From a virus, in the IMG/VR virus record IMGVR_UViG_3300022756_000004, positions 3,215 to 67,214 of that record: a stretch of 64,000 nucleotides of DNA; one strand, 5' to 3'. How positions within the stretch are numbered: position 1 is the first letter of the stretch; every line of letters starts with the position of its first letter. The notes under the pieces were generated by a model. It saw only the letters and a program-made list of their open reading frames with translations. It had not been told where the DNA came from and made no database searches. Positions 19,001 through 28,838 of this stretch are shown one piece after another. Position numbers and translations under genes: made by a program.

Positions 19001-21937
19001 TCTGGTTCCGGATTCAAGGAAGGTGGTGGCTTCGGCCAAGAACTCCTGACGAATCTTGGAAAACTGAACGGTGCCAGCGCCAATGCAGTAATTCTCCGAG
19101 ATAAGCTCAAGGAACTCGGCGATCAGCTTCTCCAGGTTGCTGCCAACGGCGGAGACATCACCGCTGCGTTCGGTAACATGACTCCGGCCTTTGATGCTCT
19201 TTCGCAGCAGACCGGGCTTGGCCGAGATAAGCTTATCGAGTTGGCTCGGGCCTTCGGTGTGGTTCCAAATGAGCTCAATGTTCTGGTCGCGATCAAGGGC
19301 AAAGACGCGGCCATCGCTGAGCTTACTTCTCTGTCTCTTCAGGCAACGGCTCTGGGGCAAGGCGTCCACGAGATCACGATGGTCATGAAGGACCAGGATG
19401 CTATCACAGCGCTTCGCACGCTGGGCATCCAGGTTCAGGAAATCAACAAGACCACCGGCGAAGTTAAGATCAATGTAGACACTGCACAGATCGAAGCTCT
19501 TCAGATCGCTCTGTCGCAGATGAAGAATAACCAGCCGATCACTATTCCGGCTCCCAAGGTGGACCAGCCGGTCGTACCGGTTCCAGTTCCGCCAACTACT
19601 CAGCCCAATGTCCCGGCTCCGAAGGTTGATGTTCCAACCGTACCTCAGCCAATTCCTCCGACTACGCTTCCGGTAATTCCAGCTCCTACCGTAGACAAGC
19701 CCGTGGTTCCTGCTCCGGCTGCTCCGGTGATCCCAACGATCCCGGCTCCTACGGTAGACAAGCCGGTAATCCCACAGCCCGATCCGCCTGCTCCTATCGC
19801 ACCGATCTCAGTGCAGATCCAGGGTGTAGATGGCGTGGTCGCTGGGCTGGGCTCGGTTACCGCTGCTGTTCACGGAGTAGACGACGCCACTGCGGGCAGC
19901 ACGGGCAAGTGGAACGACTACGCAGCGGCTATCAGCACGGCGATGGGCACCGCGCAGACTGCGGTGAACACTGCTATATCCAGCATCGGAACTGCGCTTG
20001 CGGGCGCGTCAAGCGGTGCCAACGCCAGCGGTCAAGCACTGGGTCAGGGCTTCGCAGACGGTATCAATTCCAAGGTTGCAGCGGTACAGGCTGCGGCGCT
20101 CGCTCTGGCCAACGCTGCGGCGGCTCCGTTGCCCCGTTCACCTGCGCTCACTGGTCCATTCTCCGGATCCGGATGGACTCCCTTCCGAGGGAAGAAGCTG
20201 GCGGAAGGGTTCGCCGAGGGCATCCTCGCTGGAGCTGCGACAACTAAGGACGCCGGTGTCGTAATCGCTGCCAGCGTCAGCGATGCGCTGGACGGAGTGA
20301 TGGGGCTTCTTGGTAAGCCGAAGTCACTTCTCGGTGCGAATCGTATTCCGGGTGCTGGTGGTTCTCTATTTGTTCGAGATACTACGAAGACCGATTCTGA
20401 TCTTGCCAAGGCTCGTTCGGACAAGCAGGCTGCGGCGGCAGTTACGGCTGAGGAGAATGCGCGCTTCGCAGACTCTGATGCTGCTAAGAAGGCCGCCGAA
20501 TCCACGGCCGATAGCTCGGTCTCAACTGGTAAGGTCGGCGACAGCAGTCAAGTAGACAAATTTGTTAAATCGATGGACGATGCTCAGTACGGCATGGGCA
20601 AGTTCAATGAGTCAATGGTAGACTGCTCTGCGTTTGTTTCTTCGGTAGCTAATGTCGCAACAGGACGTGCTCCGTTCTCTGAGCGTGGCAGTACGGCCAA
20701 CATGCGCGAATTCCTCAAGGCTCGTGGATTCAAAGAGGGCACTGGTGGCTCTGGAGATTTGCGTGTTGGCTGGTTCAATGATCCCAGCTCTCCTGGTGGA
20801 GGGCATACCGCACTCACAACCGGCAGTGGACTCAACGCCGAGAGTACAACCGGTGGAGTTCGATTCGGCAAGGGCGCGGCTGGATCTAATGACAAGCAAT
20901 TCACAGATCACATGTTCTTGTCGATGTCAAAGTCTCAAGACCAAACAGAAGAGTCTCTTAAACAGCAGGAGAATATTCTCGACGGCCTGAGCGGTACTTC
21001 TTCGGATACCAAGGATTCGTCCGCGGATACCGCTGAAAATACCGACATCATGGCGAAGAACATCCAGACGGGCGATTCCCCCACGGATCAAGCCGTCAAG
21101 GCTTTGCAGAGTGGTACTGCGAGCGACGAAGAAGTCATCCGAGCTCTTCAGACCATTGACGACACAATCGCCAGCACGCCGGATCGTACTACCCATGACG
21201 ATCTCAAGTCTCTCGAAGAAGCGGTCATGGAAGACCGTGGAATCAAGAAGTTCGATTCATCTGAGGGTGCCAGCACAGATCCAACCAGCGACATCATCTC
21301 GGTTGCTTCTTCGATCGTGGGGCTGTGGGACACAATAGAATCGGGCTTCACTGCGGCCACCACGGCGGCAGAGCAACTGATCCGAGGATTCTCCAGTACG
21401 AAGGACGTCAACACCTTCGTAGATTCGGTGCAGTCGGTAGCTTCTACCTTTAGTTCTGTGGTCTCTACAGTATCCAGCATCGTCTCCACGGTGGCGAGCC
21501 TCGCCGCGCTGGCTGGTGCAGCCATTCCCGGAATTGGCCAGGTCGCAGCAGTCGCGTCGGTGGTCACTGGCGGAATTGCCAATGTCAACTCCGTGATCGA
21601 CACGGTTCAGCAGGTGTTCAAGATTGTTGGCCGGTTCGTGGGCGGTGCACTGTCCTCGCTGGCCGGTGGAGCGAATGGACCTCTCATGGGTGATGTCAAG
21701 GTTCTGCTGGACACAAACGACAATACGATCAAGACCTGGAGCGAAGACAATCCAGACGACAAGCGGGTTCATTCTCTGAACGATCCGTTCGCGACACAGA
21801 CCCAGAACAATCAAACCACAACCGGAGTCGGTCAACTTCAGGTGTTCGCTGGACCCGGAGACGATCCCAACAAGGTTATGGCTGATGCGATGTTCGCGGT
21901 TCGTGCCGCCCAAATTGGAGCAGGAGCGTTCGGATAA
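16076..21937 (+). CDS. Tape measure protein
   Basis: ~1950 aa Ala/Gly-rich helical protein, longest ORF, with Pro-rich repeats and a C-terminal DCS...GH motif. Confidence 0.92.
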   Translation: MADYDLGTAHGKIEIDSDTRGTAQALRQLAELKAAAAQLDRSFAETRSSLENFSHNIEAVGASSDSGGRKVGTLSSRVKTLGTDSDGASGGVSRLNIDIQKLSELSIAAGQRVAKLHGEIQKFTSLSGALGNIAGKFTDVDDILAKAPQWQQNIVRASKAVATFGAASGIIRGVVTSFGGMIAGTAAFGIIAPRVRTGITAIRGLLGAAALMSPAFATAGVALRGFASSIGLASRGFSAFAGGVGQATRGASQMVIGALLLQRGLAGIATAAKFAVLGMGGIAVAAAGLQLVGTVVLGVANALKTMSGAALLAPGAFTAIGITVGVAKVAFKGMGDAFKAAALDGKEFDDAVKKLSPEMQKTARAAHEMKAKFSEIRDVAQLTALSGFSDDIKLVGNTYMPTLERGVSAVGTGLARVRSGFKDFLLQPATIQDVNSAFGNTRTILDNLSRAVWPFLAALRDIGSVGLEVLAGISNGAGQAAAKFANFISEARRTGELKQFITDGIQAFKDLGTTLGATGRAIKTIFEAFGASGENSLSRLAKGAKGFEDAMKKSASGGSLQTIADSFKRISSISMTVVVTALQQLMNIVEKLAPFAAQMQESFGSGLVTAFKAVGTAVSFFASIISNIPGLGGFLGSILAIGVALKAMAILFTPIVRAIQILVGVFKLLQGAINTIAGVNTALAAMEARGGAAAVAAGRVRTAMILLQIAGAALIATLAAVTVAWLAIDSANQNAEAGIKRVADRQKELKEETNNLVDALTNSGGQMSKNVFEVISTDVKNMVKDMETAADQTTSTWQGTGASLETLFTHPGALAKSLFDGISGDSKKAFGDLKGTALEGALSMKATGEAAEKAATQIQQTGLSAEALGRLVVGSDADLQILISALAKTDNGGKEASIALAQLRQQSLPLIESMARLGPNAITLSEAMKTLGDAGASASDKMSALRTALQSLGILESSAEEAMFNIAKAVQAIVDSGSGFKEGGGFGQELLTNLGKLNGASANAVILRDKLKELGDQLLQVAANGGDITAAFGNMTPAFDALSQQTGLGRDKLIELARAFGVVPNELNVLVAIKGKDAAIAELTSLSLQATALGQGVHEITMVMKDQDAITALRTLGIQVQEINKTTGEVKINVDTAQIEALQIALSQMKNNQPITIPAPKVDQPVVPVPVPPTTQPNVPAPKVDVPTVPQPIPPTTLPVIPAPTVDKPVVPAPAAPVIPTIPAPTVDKPVIPQPDPPAPIAPISVQIQGVDGVVAGLGSVTAAVHGVDDATAGSTGKWNDYAAAISTAMGTAQTAVNTAISSIGTALAGASSGANASGQALGQGFADGINSKVAAVQAAALALANAAAAPLPRSPALTGPFSGSGWTPFRGKKLAEGFAEGILAGAATTKDAGVVIAASVSDALDGVMGLLGKPKSLLGANRIPGAGGSLFVRDTTKTDSDLAKARSDKQAAAAVTAEENARFADSDAAKKAAESTADSSVSTGKVGDSSQVDKFVKSMDDAQYGMGKFNESMVDCSAFVSSVANVATGRAPFSERGSTANMREFLKARGFKEGTGGSGDLRVGWFNDPSSPGGGHTALTTGSGLNAESTTGGVRFGKGAAGSNDKQFTDHMFLSMSKSQDQTEESLKQQENILDGLSGTSSDTKDSSADTAENTDIMAKNIQTGDSPTDQAVKALQSGTASDEEVIRALQTIDDTIASTPDRTTHDDLKSLEEAVMEDRGIKKFDSSEGASTDPTSDIISVASSIVGLWDTIESGFTAATTAAEQLIRGFSSTKDVNTFVDSVQSVASTFSSVVSTVSSIVSTVASLAALAGAAIPGIGQVAAVASVVTGGIANVNSVIDTVQQVFKIVGRFVGGALSSLAGGANGPLMGDVKVLLDTNDNTIKTWSEDNPDDKRVHSLNDPFATQTQNNQTTTGVGQLQVFAGPGDDPNKVMADAMFAVRAAQIGAGAFG

Positions 21938-22797
21938 TGGCGATGCGGCCCGGACAGTTCTCGATCGGAAGTGTTATCTTCGGTCGAAATACTATGTATC
22001 CGATCAACGAGCTCAACATGAACGGATACGACGTCACTGCTGGAGACTATCAACTCTCTTCAGCCGACGAGGTTCGCATGACCAGGGACTTCTTCAAGCC
22101 GACCTCGATCAGCTTTACGATCGGTGTGCTGGATAACTTTCTGATCGAGAACCTGGCTGGATACGGCACGGGTGTCGCTCCTCCTGATGGGAAAGTCCTA
22201 TTGGACAACTTCATCAGAGAGTGGCGCGCTGACGAAGTGCGTAACGTATGGGGCGCAACTAAGCCCATCAAAAACCGGCAGGACAACAACCAGACCACTC
22301 TAATATACGGTAGGCCGCGCAAGTTGGCGGTAGGCAAAGCTAGCCTAAAATCTGAGTTCGCCATTGTGATCGCCGAGTATCAGCGGCTGGATACGTTGGC
22401 CTACTCGGACACGGAGTACTTCATCAACGTAGCTCCAGGAGCTTCGGCGGTGAATGCGATTCGTCAGGGCGGACAGGCTCCGGCGTGGCTGCGGTTCTTG
22501 GTCACTGGACCTGCGAATAATCTGCTCATCAACTTCGGCAGCCTATTTCAGATCCAGGTGAACTACAACATTCCGGCGGGGCAAGTCCTGGAGATCAATT
22601 CGTATCCATGGACGAGGCGTGTTATACTGGCACCGAGCAATTTGAACCTGTCGCCTCTGATGGTTCCGCCTTCGCCGTATCTCAGTGACGTGAAGTTCCC
22701 CGCGAACTCCACAGTTCCTGTCACCTGGTCTGCTGGCGGAACCACGGGGGCTACGAATCTGTCCGTGCTGTGGCGAGAAGCCTATCTCTACTGGTGA
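21937..22797 (+). CDS. Minor tail protein (distal tail, Dit-like)
   Basis: Immediately follows tape measure, TAATG coupling. Confidence 0.75.
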   Translation: MAMRPGQFSIGSVIFGRNTMYPINELNMNGYDVTAGDYQLSSADEVRMTRDFFKPTSISFTIGVLDNFLIENLAGYGTGVAPPDGKVLLDNFIREWRADEVRNVWGATKPIKNRQDNNQTTLIYGRPRKLAVGKASLKSEFAIVIAEYQRLDTLAYSDTEYFINVAPGASAVNAIRQGGQAPAWLRFLVTGPANNLLINFGSLFQIQVNYNIPAGQVLEINSYPWTRRVILAPSNLNLSPLMVPPSPYLSDVKFPANSTVPVTWSAGGTTGATNLSVLWREAYLYW

Positions 22798-22812
22798 GCC
22801 CTGGGAGGCCGT

Positions 22813-23955
22813 GTGAGATATATCGTTGAGCAGGCGGTAACTGGAGTTATCCAGTCACGAGACCTGCAAGTTATCAACCCGAAGATTGTCATCAATCTGT
22901 CGGGTGCTGCGGTGATTGAGTTCGAAGTACCCTATGACACTTCAGCAGACATCATTGCTGCTGGAATTGATTTCAAGGCGTATGGGCAGTATGTCTATTG
23001 CGAAGAGAATACGGTAGCTGGTCAGCGCCAGATCGTAGCCTTCGGAATCACTCAGCCTTGTACGGTAGATCCGGACACCGGCAACATGAAGGTCTCCATC
23101 GCCGGTCCATCGAACTATCTCAAGAATATCCCGTGGTTGGATAACTACAATCCAATCGCTATTGATCCATTTGCGGTGGCGGCAAGGATCTGGAACCATG
23201 TGCAGACGCAAACTCATGGGAACATCGGAATCACCCTGGAGCCCGCAAGCTCGGGGACGCTCCTCCTCCCTGGCTTCGGGTTCGATGGAACCGAACTCTC
23301 CATCAACTTCTTCGCATATTTTGTGCGAGCAGCTGACTTCCGAGACTGCGGAGACGAGTTCAACAAGCTCGCCCGAGATATTCCATTCGACTATATAGAG
23401 ACAGCCGCATGGAATGGATCGTACACCGCGATCAACAAGAAGATCGTCATGTCGTATCCCCGACGTGGCTCAATGCGAACAGACCTGGCTTTCCGGTTCG
23501 GTGAGAATATCCTGAACGGCAGCCCCGCGACCGAGGCAGAGATCAAATGGGTATCGGATGTGATTGTCAAAGGGTGGTTTCCGGGGAAGGTTTACTCTTC
23601 CACTCTGAGCAATGCGGATCCTACCCGTTTTCGCCGCGTCATCAAGGAAGACGACGCGAAGATCAACAGCAAGGAACGGGCCGAAGTATGGGCAGCTCGC
23701 AAACTTCAGCGCAGGCAGATCCCGAACTACTGGTCCAGCATCACGATTGACATGGATCATCCTAGCGCTCCGTTCGGTAGTTGGCAGCTCGGGGATGACA
23801 TCTACGTCGAAGGCGTGATGCCATGGGTCGGTGACGTGAAGGACTGGCACAAGGTTCTCTCCGCCACCATTGAGCCGGATAAGCGACACGTCACTCTCGG
23901 GCTGATGCACACCGGTGCATTCAATTACGACCCGATCACCTTCCCGGATTCGTAG
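22813..23955 (+). CDS. Minor tail protein (hub/Tal-like)
   Basis: Position; YPRRG..RTDL.FRFGENI motif. Confidence 0.75.
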   Translation: MRYIVEQAVTGVIQSRDLQVINPKIVINLSGAAVIEFEVPYDTSADIIAAGIDFKAYGQYVYCEENTVAGQRQIVAFGITQPCTVDPDTGNMKVSIAGPSNYLKNIPWLDNYNPIAIDPFAVAARIWNHVQTQTHGNIGITLEPASSGTLLLPGFGFDGTELSINFFAYFVRAADFRDCGDEFNKLARDIPFDYIETAAWNGSYTAINKKIVMSYPRRGSMRTDLAFRFGENILNGSPATEAEIKWVSDVIVKGWFPGKVYSSTLSNADPTRFRRVIKEDDAKINSKERAEVWAARKLQRRQIPNYWSSITIDMDHPSAPFGSWQLGDDIYVEGVMPWVGDVKDWHKVLSATIEPDKRHVTLGLMHTGAFNYDPITFPDS

Positions 23956-23963
23956 GAGGCGCT

Positions 23964-25625
23964 GTGAGCTGGGGTGACTACGAATCTTCAACGACCAGAG
24001 CACTACGGTCGATTGATAGTTCCAAGTATAATCAAGACTTCACTCGGAACATGCAAGCCCTGAACTACGCGACGGACTTCATGGCCGACTACATGACCGT
24101 CATGCAGACGGGCATCGACGACGCGAACAAAGACATCATCCAGAAGATTCAGGACTTCATCGAGGACCTGATCATCATCTTCGGTGGCGGAGACACGGGA
24201 GACTCTGGTTTTGACTGGGGAGATCTCAAGTACATCATCCAGGCTATCGGCGCGCTGTTTGGCTTCGGTGGATCTGGTCCGGTCAACCTGCTGGACGCAG
24301 CTGGACATCTGCTCACCAATTTCGGCGGGGCGGCCATCAATGGATTCATTGACGCCTTCATCAGTTTCCTTATCGGGTTGGTTGACGGCATTCCGATTGT
24401 TGGTGGATCCATTGCTGCTGCTCTCGCGGGTCTGATCAATCAGAAAGCTTCCAAGCAGGAAACGAGCAACGTATCGGCGATCTTCGATTGCGAGAATGCC
24501 GACTACCGCACGGCTTTCCCGAGTGCCGCGAGCATGTGGAGCTACGCGAATACTGGTGGCTTCGCCCATAACGGGACGTGGTACCTCAAGCTTGCGCCAA
24601 CGGCCGGTTATGCTGGTTTCTCAAAGATGAAGATCGGAATTAAAACTACTACTACTCCTAACGAGAAGATTCAGTTTGACTGGTGGCAGCGCCGTGAGTC
24701 TGCGAGCTTCCCAGCTTGCCTGATCGTGCAGTACTACGACAGCGCGGGCACCTTCGTTTCAGACGGTATGCCGACGGTCATCCCGGATAGCACCGCAGAT
24801 AACTCTTCCTGGATCAATTATCGCTCTCAGATCACTGTGCCGAGCGGTGTGGCTGCGTTCGTTCCGTCCGTCAAGTTGAATCTAGCCGGTGGTGGATCTC
24901 CGACGGGCTACTGGGTCTTTGACGACATGGTGACGCGCCGGGCTCCGGACCCCAACGTTCAGCAAGTTCCGGTTCAGTCTCTGTCTGTATCTATCGATCC
25001 CAACGAGCAGACCACCATTAGTCGAAACGCTCTGTCCTTTGGAGCGGCTCCCAACACTTCCTCCGGTGGTTCTACCACAGCCAACGCGCACACTCATCCT
25101 CTGGCTAGGATCCCAGACTATGTGCCGTCCGGTGGCGGAAACGACATGCTGGAGTTGGGATACATTCGTATCCTGCAGAATAAGGTTCTGACCCAGGTTG
25201 GTTTCGCAACCGGCGGATCAAATACATTCGCGGGTATCACAGCAGCTCGCATGGGAATCTGGAAGATGGATCCGATCACTGGGCAGCTCATTCTTCAGAC
25301 TCCTACGTTGGCCACTACGGACATCAAGGCATCGATCACGACTCAGAACAAGGAATTTCGTTTCGGTCTGGGATTGAAGATCAATGCCATTCAGGGAGAT
25401 GTTTTCGCAGTTGGAATTTGCCAGCAAACAGGTTTCGGGCAGAACTGCGCCTCTCTTCTTTGCCAGACGGTGACCGACGTCACGAACCCTGCCAGTCAAT
25501 TCCCCAGACGCCTATATGGATACGTGGATCTGACTTCAGCGAGCGGTGTGCTGCCCGCGACAATCAATGAATCTAGCATCAACTACGGAGCCTCGACGAA
25601 GATTCCGTTCTACGTTCTACAGTAA
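23964..25625 (+). CDS. Minor tail/baseplate protein with carbohydrate-binding-like module
   Basis: AGGAGG RBS. YYDSAG...ITVPSGV...WVFDD pattern resembles a galactose-binding-like fold. Confidence 0.75.
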   Translation: MSWGDYESSTTRALRSIDSSKYNQDFTRNMQALNYATDFMADYMTVMQTGIDDANKDIIQKIQDFIEDLIIIFGGGDTGDSGFDWGDLKYIIQAIGALFGFGGSGPVNLLDAAGHLLTNFGGAAINGFIDAFISFLIGLVDGIPIVGGSIAAALAGLINQKASKQETSNVSAIFDCENADYRTAFPSAASMWSYANTGGFAHNGTWYLKLAPTAGYAGFSKMKIGIKTTTTPNEKIQFDWWQRRESASFPACLIVQYYDSAGTFVSDGMPTVIPDSTADNSSWINYRSQITVPSGVAAFVPSVKLNLAGGGSPTGYWVFDDMVTRRAPDPNVQQVPVQSLSVSIDPNEQTTISRNALSFGAAPNTSSGGSTTANAHTHPLARIPDYVPSGGGNDMLELGYIRILQNKVLTQVGFATGGSNTFAGITAARMGIWKMDPITGQLILQTPTLATTDIKASITTQNKEFRFGLGLKINAIQGDVFAVGICQQTGFGQNCASLLCQTVTDVTNPASQFPRRLYGYVDLTSASGVLPATINESSINYGASTKIPFYVLQ

Positions 25626-25633
25626 GGGATCAC

Positions 25634-26074
25634 ATGGCTGACAAGTTGGCGAATGTCAAGGCGTTCTACTATGCTACGACCTTCGATGGATACGGGATCC
25701 GGAACTTCACGGATCGGACTTACATGACGGAGGGTCAGAAGTACATCCACGATGAACTTCTCCCCTGGCTGTATCTGGCAATTGTCGCTGACGACCCGGC
25801 ATTCGATGCGCACGCGGTTGTGATGGGGCAGAAACCGGAGAGCGAATCTCCCGACGATGCGGTGGTGAAACGTTACATCCTGGAGCTGGCTCGAGACGGC
25901 GTGGCCTTGGGTCGATACGACAAGGGATCAGCGGCTTACCATATGGTCTTCACTCAGGGTCAGACCGGATGCTACTTCGACAAGCTGTTTGATGCGATGA
26001 AGAAAGACGACCCGGAATGGTATCCGAAAGACATCCCGGACTTCCGTAACGCTGTGCTCACACTAGGACAATAG
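25634..26074 (+). CDS. Hypothetical protein
   Basis: RBS, tight packing. Confidence 0.7.
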   Translation: MADKLANVKAFYYATTFDGYGIRNFTDRTYMTEGQKYIHDELLPWLYLAIVADDPAFDAHAVVMGQKPESESPDDAVVKRYILELARDGVALGRYDKGSAAYHMVFTQGQTGCYFDKLFDAMKKDDPEWYPKDIPDFRNAVLTLGQ

Positions 26075-26082
26075 GAGTCAAC

Positions 26083-26409
26083 ATGGTAGCCCTTCGCAGT
26101 CCTCTCCTGGATCTTCAGCTGGATCCCATTGCTTCCCTGTACGTGGGTCATCTGGAGCGCCAGCTTCTGGCGTACCAGATCAATGACATCAAGTATCGAG
26201 CTCTTCTGGAGATGCTGACCGGGGAAGCCTGGGATGACCTGGCCACCGATCTCGAGAACAAGGAACTCTTTGATATCGCCGTAGCTCTGACCGAAAAGAA
26301 ACTCGGCGTCGGCAACATGGAGGCACGGAGAATCATTCGTCAGCGGCAGGCCAAAGCCAATTCCACAGAAGACGGAACGAACAAGGCTTTGGACCCTGGC
26401 CTCAGCTAA
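26083..26409 (+). CDS. Hypothetical protein
   Basis: AGGAG RBS, tight packing. Confidence 0.7.
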   Translation: MVALRSPLLDLQLDPIASLYVGHLERQLLAYQINDIKYRALLEMLTGEAWDDLATDLENKELFDIAVALTEKKLGVGNMEARRIIRQRQAKANSTEDGTNKALDPGLS

Positions 26410-26445
26410 CAGGTAGGGTACACTAAGGGTGAAAGGAGGTGTGAC

Positions 26446-27216
26446 ATGAGCTTCCGACAGGCTTATGGAAACGACTGGTCTGAGAATAGCTGGCGGATGT
26501 GCAACAGAGACGAATGCGCATTGCCGATTTCTCCTGACATGACATTCGTTGATACTGCACCAATTCGAAAAGGCGAGCCGCTGACTATCCTGTCAGCCTG
26601 GCTCAAGTACTACGACGACAATATCGATCCGGTCAGCAGTCCGGTATGGGGCTGGTCTGCCGACAATGATGTAGAGACCAGCAACCATCTATCCGGTACT
26701 GCGCTGGACATCAACGCGCCGAAGTACCCATGGGGTTCGCGGGTTATGCCTCGTGATCGCATCGCGAAGGTTCGGAAGGGGCTGGATCTTTTCGAAGGTA
26801 CGATCTTCTGGGGTGCGGACTGGGATCGCGCCGACGAGATGCACTTCCAGATGAACTTCGAAGAGGGCGACAAGCGCAACGATGCGTTTGCTGCGAAGCT
26901 CAATGGGGGATATCTGGGAATTTATGGTGGTGGGGGAAACAAGACAGGAGCAACCTCCGTGTGGAATGAGCAGATCAAGAACTTCCTCGGCAACATGGTC
27001 AGCTATGGAACCATCATGTTCCATCTGGACCGCAAGTTGGAAGACGTTCGGCATCAGACCGTGGACGGCTGGCCTCAGCTGGGCAAGAACGAGAAGGGTC
27101 CTCTGACTCTGATCGACAATCAGGCAGCCCAGAATGCCAAGCTGGACGCTATCTCCGCCAAGCTGGACGAGCTTCTGGCTCTCCAGAAGCAGCAGCTGAA
27201 TCCCAAGTCGGTGTGA
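26446..27216 (+). CDS. Endolysin (lysin A), M15-type Zn peptidase
   Basis: GAAAGGAGG RBS. SNHLSGTALD...WGADW...DEMHFQ; C-terminal GWPQLG motif. Confidence 0.88.
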   Translation: MSFRQAYGNDWSENSWRMCNRDECALPISPDMTFVDTAPIRKGEPLTILSAWLKYYDDNIDPVSSPVWGWSADNDVETSNHLSGTALDINAPKYPWGSRVMPRDRIAKVRKGLDLFEGTIFWGADWDRADEMHFQMNFEEGDKRNDAFAAKLNGGYLGIYGGGGNKTGATSVWNEQIKNFLGNMVSYGTIMFHLDRKLEDVRHQTVDGWPQLGKNEKGPLTLIDNQAAQNAKLDAISAKLDELLALQKQQLNPKSV

Positions 27217-27217
27217 A

Positions 27218-27505
27218 GTGACCGCGCCGAATGATCCGCTCTGGGCGGTCAAGGAACTGATTCAGAGTCAGCCTTGGTACAAGCGATTCTCCAACACGAT
27301 TACGGCGAGCGTTGGATCTTTGGTCGGCCTTCTCTGGCTGGCCGTCTCATTCGGGGTGGATGTTCCAGACGATGTGTCCAAGTGGGTCTTTGTAGTGATC
27401 GGGATTCTGACGGCTCTGGGAATTCTCAAGACCCCGAATGGAATGACGGAAACTCAGCTGAAGGAAATCCAGGAAGTCACTGCCGGTCGGCATCGCAAGC
27501 TCTGA
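27218..27505 (+). CDS. Holin
   Basis: Two hydrophobic helices, basic C-terminus, directly after lysin. Confidence 0.75.
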   Translation: MTAPNDPLWAVKELIQSQPWYKRFSNTITASVGSLVGLLWLAVSFGVDVPDDVSKWVFVVIGILTALGILKTPNGMTETQLKEIQEVTAGRHRKL

Positions 27506-27526
27506 CCGGTCTATCTAGGATGTGAT

Positions 27527-27844
27527 GTGCTCCGTTGGCTAGCTCAAACTTCACCCGACCCCACTGGAGGCGTGCTGCTCCAGTATGGGGCAATCGGGGC
27601 GATTTTGGTGCTTGCGGTTTGGGCCGTTTACTATCTCTATCGGAGACAGGAACGCCAACATGATCAAGAACGAGATTCATGGCGACTAATGTTTCAAGAG
27701 GAGCGTCAGCGTGGCGACCGCCTCGAGGAGAGACTACTTGGACTCCATGGAGAGATCGGCAACAAGTTCGCCGGAGCGCTGGCGGAGTCCACCGCCTCGA
27801 TGCGAGAATGGTCCGAGACAATGAAAAATCGAGGCGATCGATGA
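27527..27844 (+). CDS. Membrane protein of lysis cassette
   Basis: LLQYGAIGAILVLAVWAVYYL transmembrane segment plus coiled coil. Confidence 0.7.
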   Translation: MLRWLAQTSPDPTGGVLLQYGAIGAILVLAVWAVYYLYRRQERQHDQERDSWRLMFQEERQRGDRLEERLLGLHGEIGNKFAGALAESTASMREWSETMKNRGDR

Positions 27845-28032
27845 TGGTCGATGCGGAGCACAGTTCTGGGGCTGGCTCGGGTGCGGCGCGCAGGGATCCA
27901 GACCAGATCATGAAGGAGTCCAGAGTCCTCCTCGCTCAGCTGATGGCTGGCTTTGACGAGTTGGAGAAGGTGATCGTAGAGACACGGCAGGACGCTCGCC
28001 GGGAGCGCGGCTCTAATAGATGGGGTCGATGA
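27841..28032 (+). CDS. Small hypothetical protein
   Basis: ATGA coupling with neighbours. Confidence 0.55.
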   Translation: MMVDAEHSSGAGSGAARRDPDQIMKESRVLLAQLMAGFDELEKVIVETRQDARRERGSNRWGR

Positions 28033-28196
28033 TGGGGTTCTGGCCTTTGAGTTCTCGTAGGCGCAATGCGGCGCTTGCCGAGGAAAAGAAGTATGCCGAG
28101 ATGCAGCACAAGATTGACGATCTTCGTGCGATGGTGACCTTGCTGGAGTCCAATTTCAAAGAGATTGAGAATCGTCGAAAGAAGGATGTTGTATGA
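28032..28196 (+). CDS. 54-aa coiled-coil protein (not in ORF track)
   Basis: MGFWPLSSRRRN...KKDVV, coupled on both sides. Confidence 0.6.
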   Translation: MGFWPLSSRRRNAALAEEKKYAEMQHKIDDLRAMVTLLESNFKEIENRRKKDVV

Positions 28197-28612
28197 GCCC
28201 GGAAGAGGCGAAGCTACAGGAGGCTATCGAAGCAGTTGGTAAGTTGGGCGCTTCGGTGGATGAACTTGCTCAACGAGCCAATGTCAACCGGGACAACATC
28301 AAGAGAGGAGAGGTAAGAGATCGCTGGTTGGCTGCTAGCGTTGCCCTGGACATTATCCTTTCGCTTGCTTTGATATTCGCTGGATATTTCATTGATAGCA
28401 ATCAGAACGAGATCGGCAAGATCCAGCAGAGCCAACAAGAACTCACGGAAGTAAATCGTAGCAATCAATGCGCGATGGTGAACATGTTTCTTTCTTATTC
28501 CACAACGGTTCAGAGATCTACTACTCTGACGGAGGAAGAGAAGAATCAGCGGCTTCAGGCATACGCGGTCATCCAAAAGATCCACGATGATCTGAAGTGC
28601 GCTAACGAGTAG
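28193..28612 (+). CDS. Membrane protein of lysis cassette
   Basis: One transmembrane segment (WLAASVALDIILSLALIFAGYF) and two Cys in the C-domain. Confidence 0.7.
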   Translation: MSPEEAKLQEAIEAVGKLGASVDELAQRANVNRDNIKRGEVRDRWLAASVALDIILSLALIFAGYFIDSNQNEIGKIQQSQQELTEVNRSNQCAMVNMFLSYSTTVQRSTTLTEEEKNQRLQAYAVIQKIHDDLKCANE

Positions 28613-28838
28613 GGTTCTATCCCTCCCTAAGAAGAACCCCCTTCAGAATCAGCGCCTGCTCGTAGGGCTATGCGTCCGGGGTTCGTTCCCTCCCTCTATT
28701 AGAACCCCCTTCATTTTTCTGTGCGAGGGGGTTCGTTCGTATATGCGGGGTTCATTCCCTCCCTATTAAGAACCCCCTTCAATTTCGGCGCGCTCGTACG
28801 CGGGGTTCGATCCCTCCTATTAAAGAACCCTCCCTTCA
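28612..28838. repeat. Four degenerate 34-36-bp hairpin repeats
   Basis: GGGTTCnnTCCCTCC..TAwwAGAACCC(T)CC(C)TTCA at 28612, 28679, 28748 and 28803. Confidence 0.85.

Noticed and set aside
28800-28820. tRNA gene or attP (GGGGTTCGATCCCTCC resembles a T-arm)
   Set aside because: No acceptor, D or anticodon arms can be built, the sequence is one copy of the local repeat, and no integrase is present.
28612-28838. Bona fide CRISPR array
   Set aside because: Repeats are degenerate, spacers are unequal and partly similar to each other, and there is no cas operon. Kept as a repeat finding.
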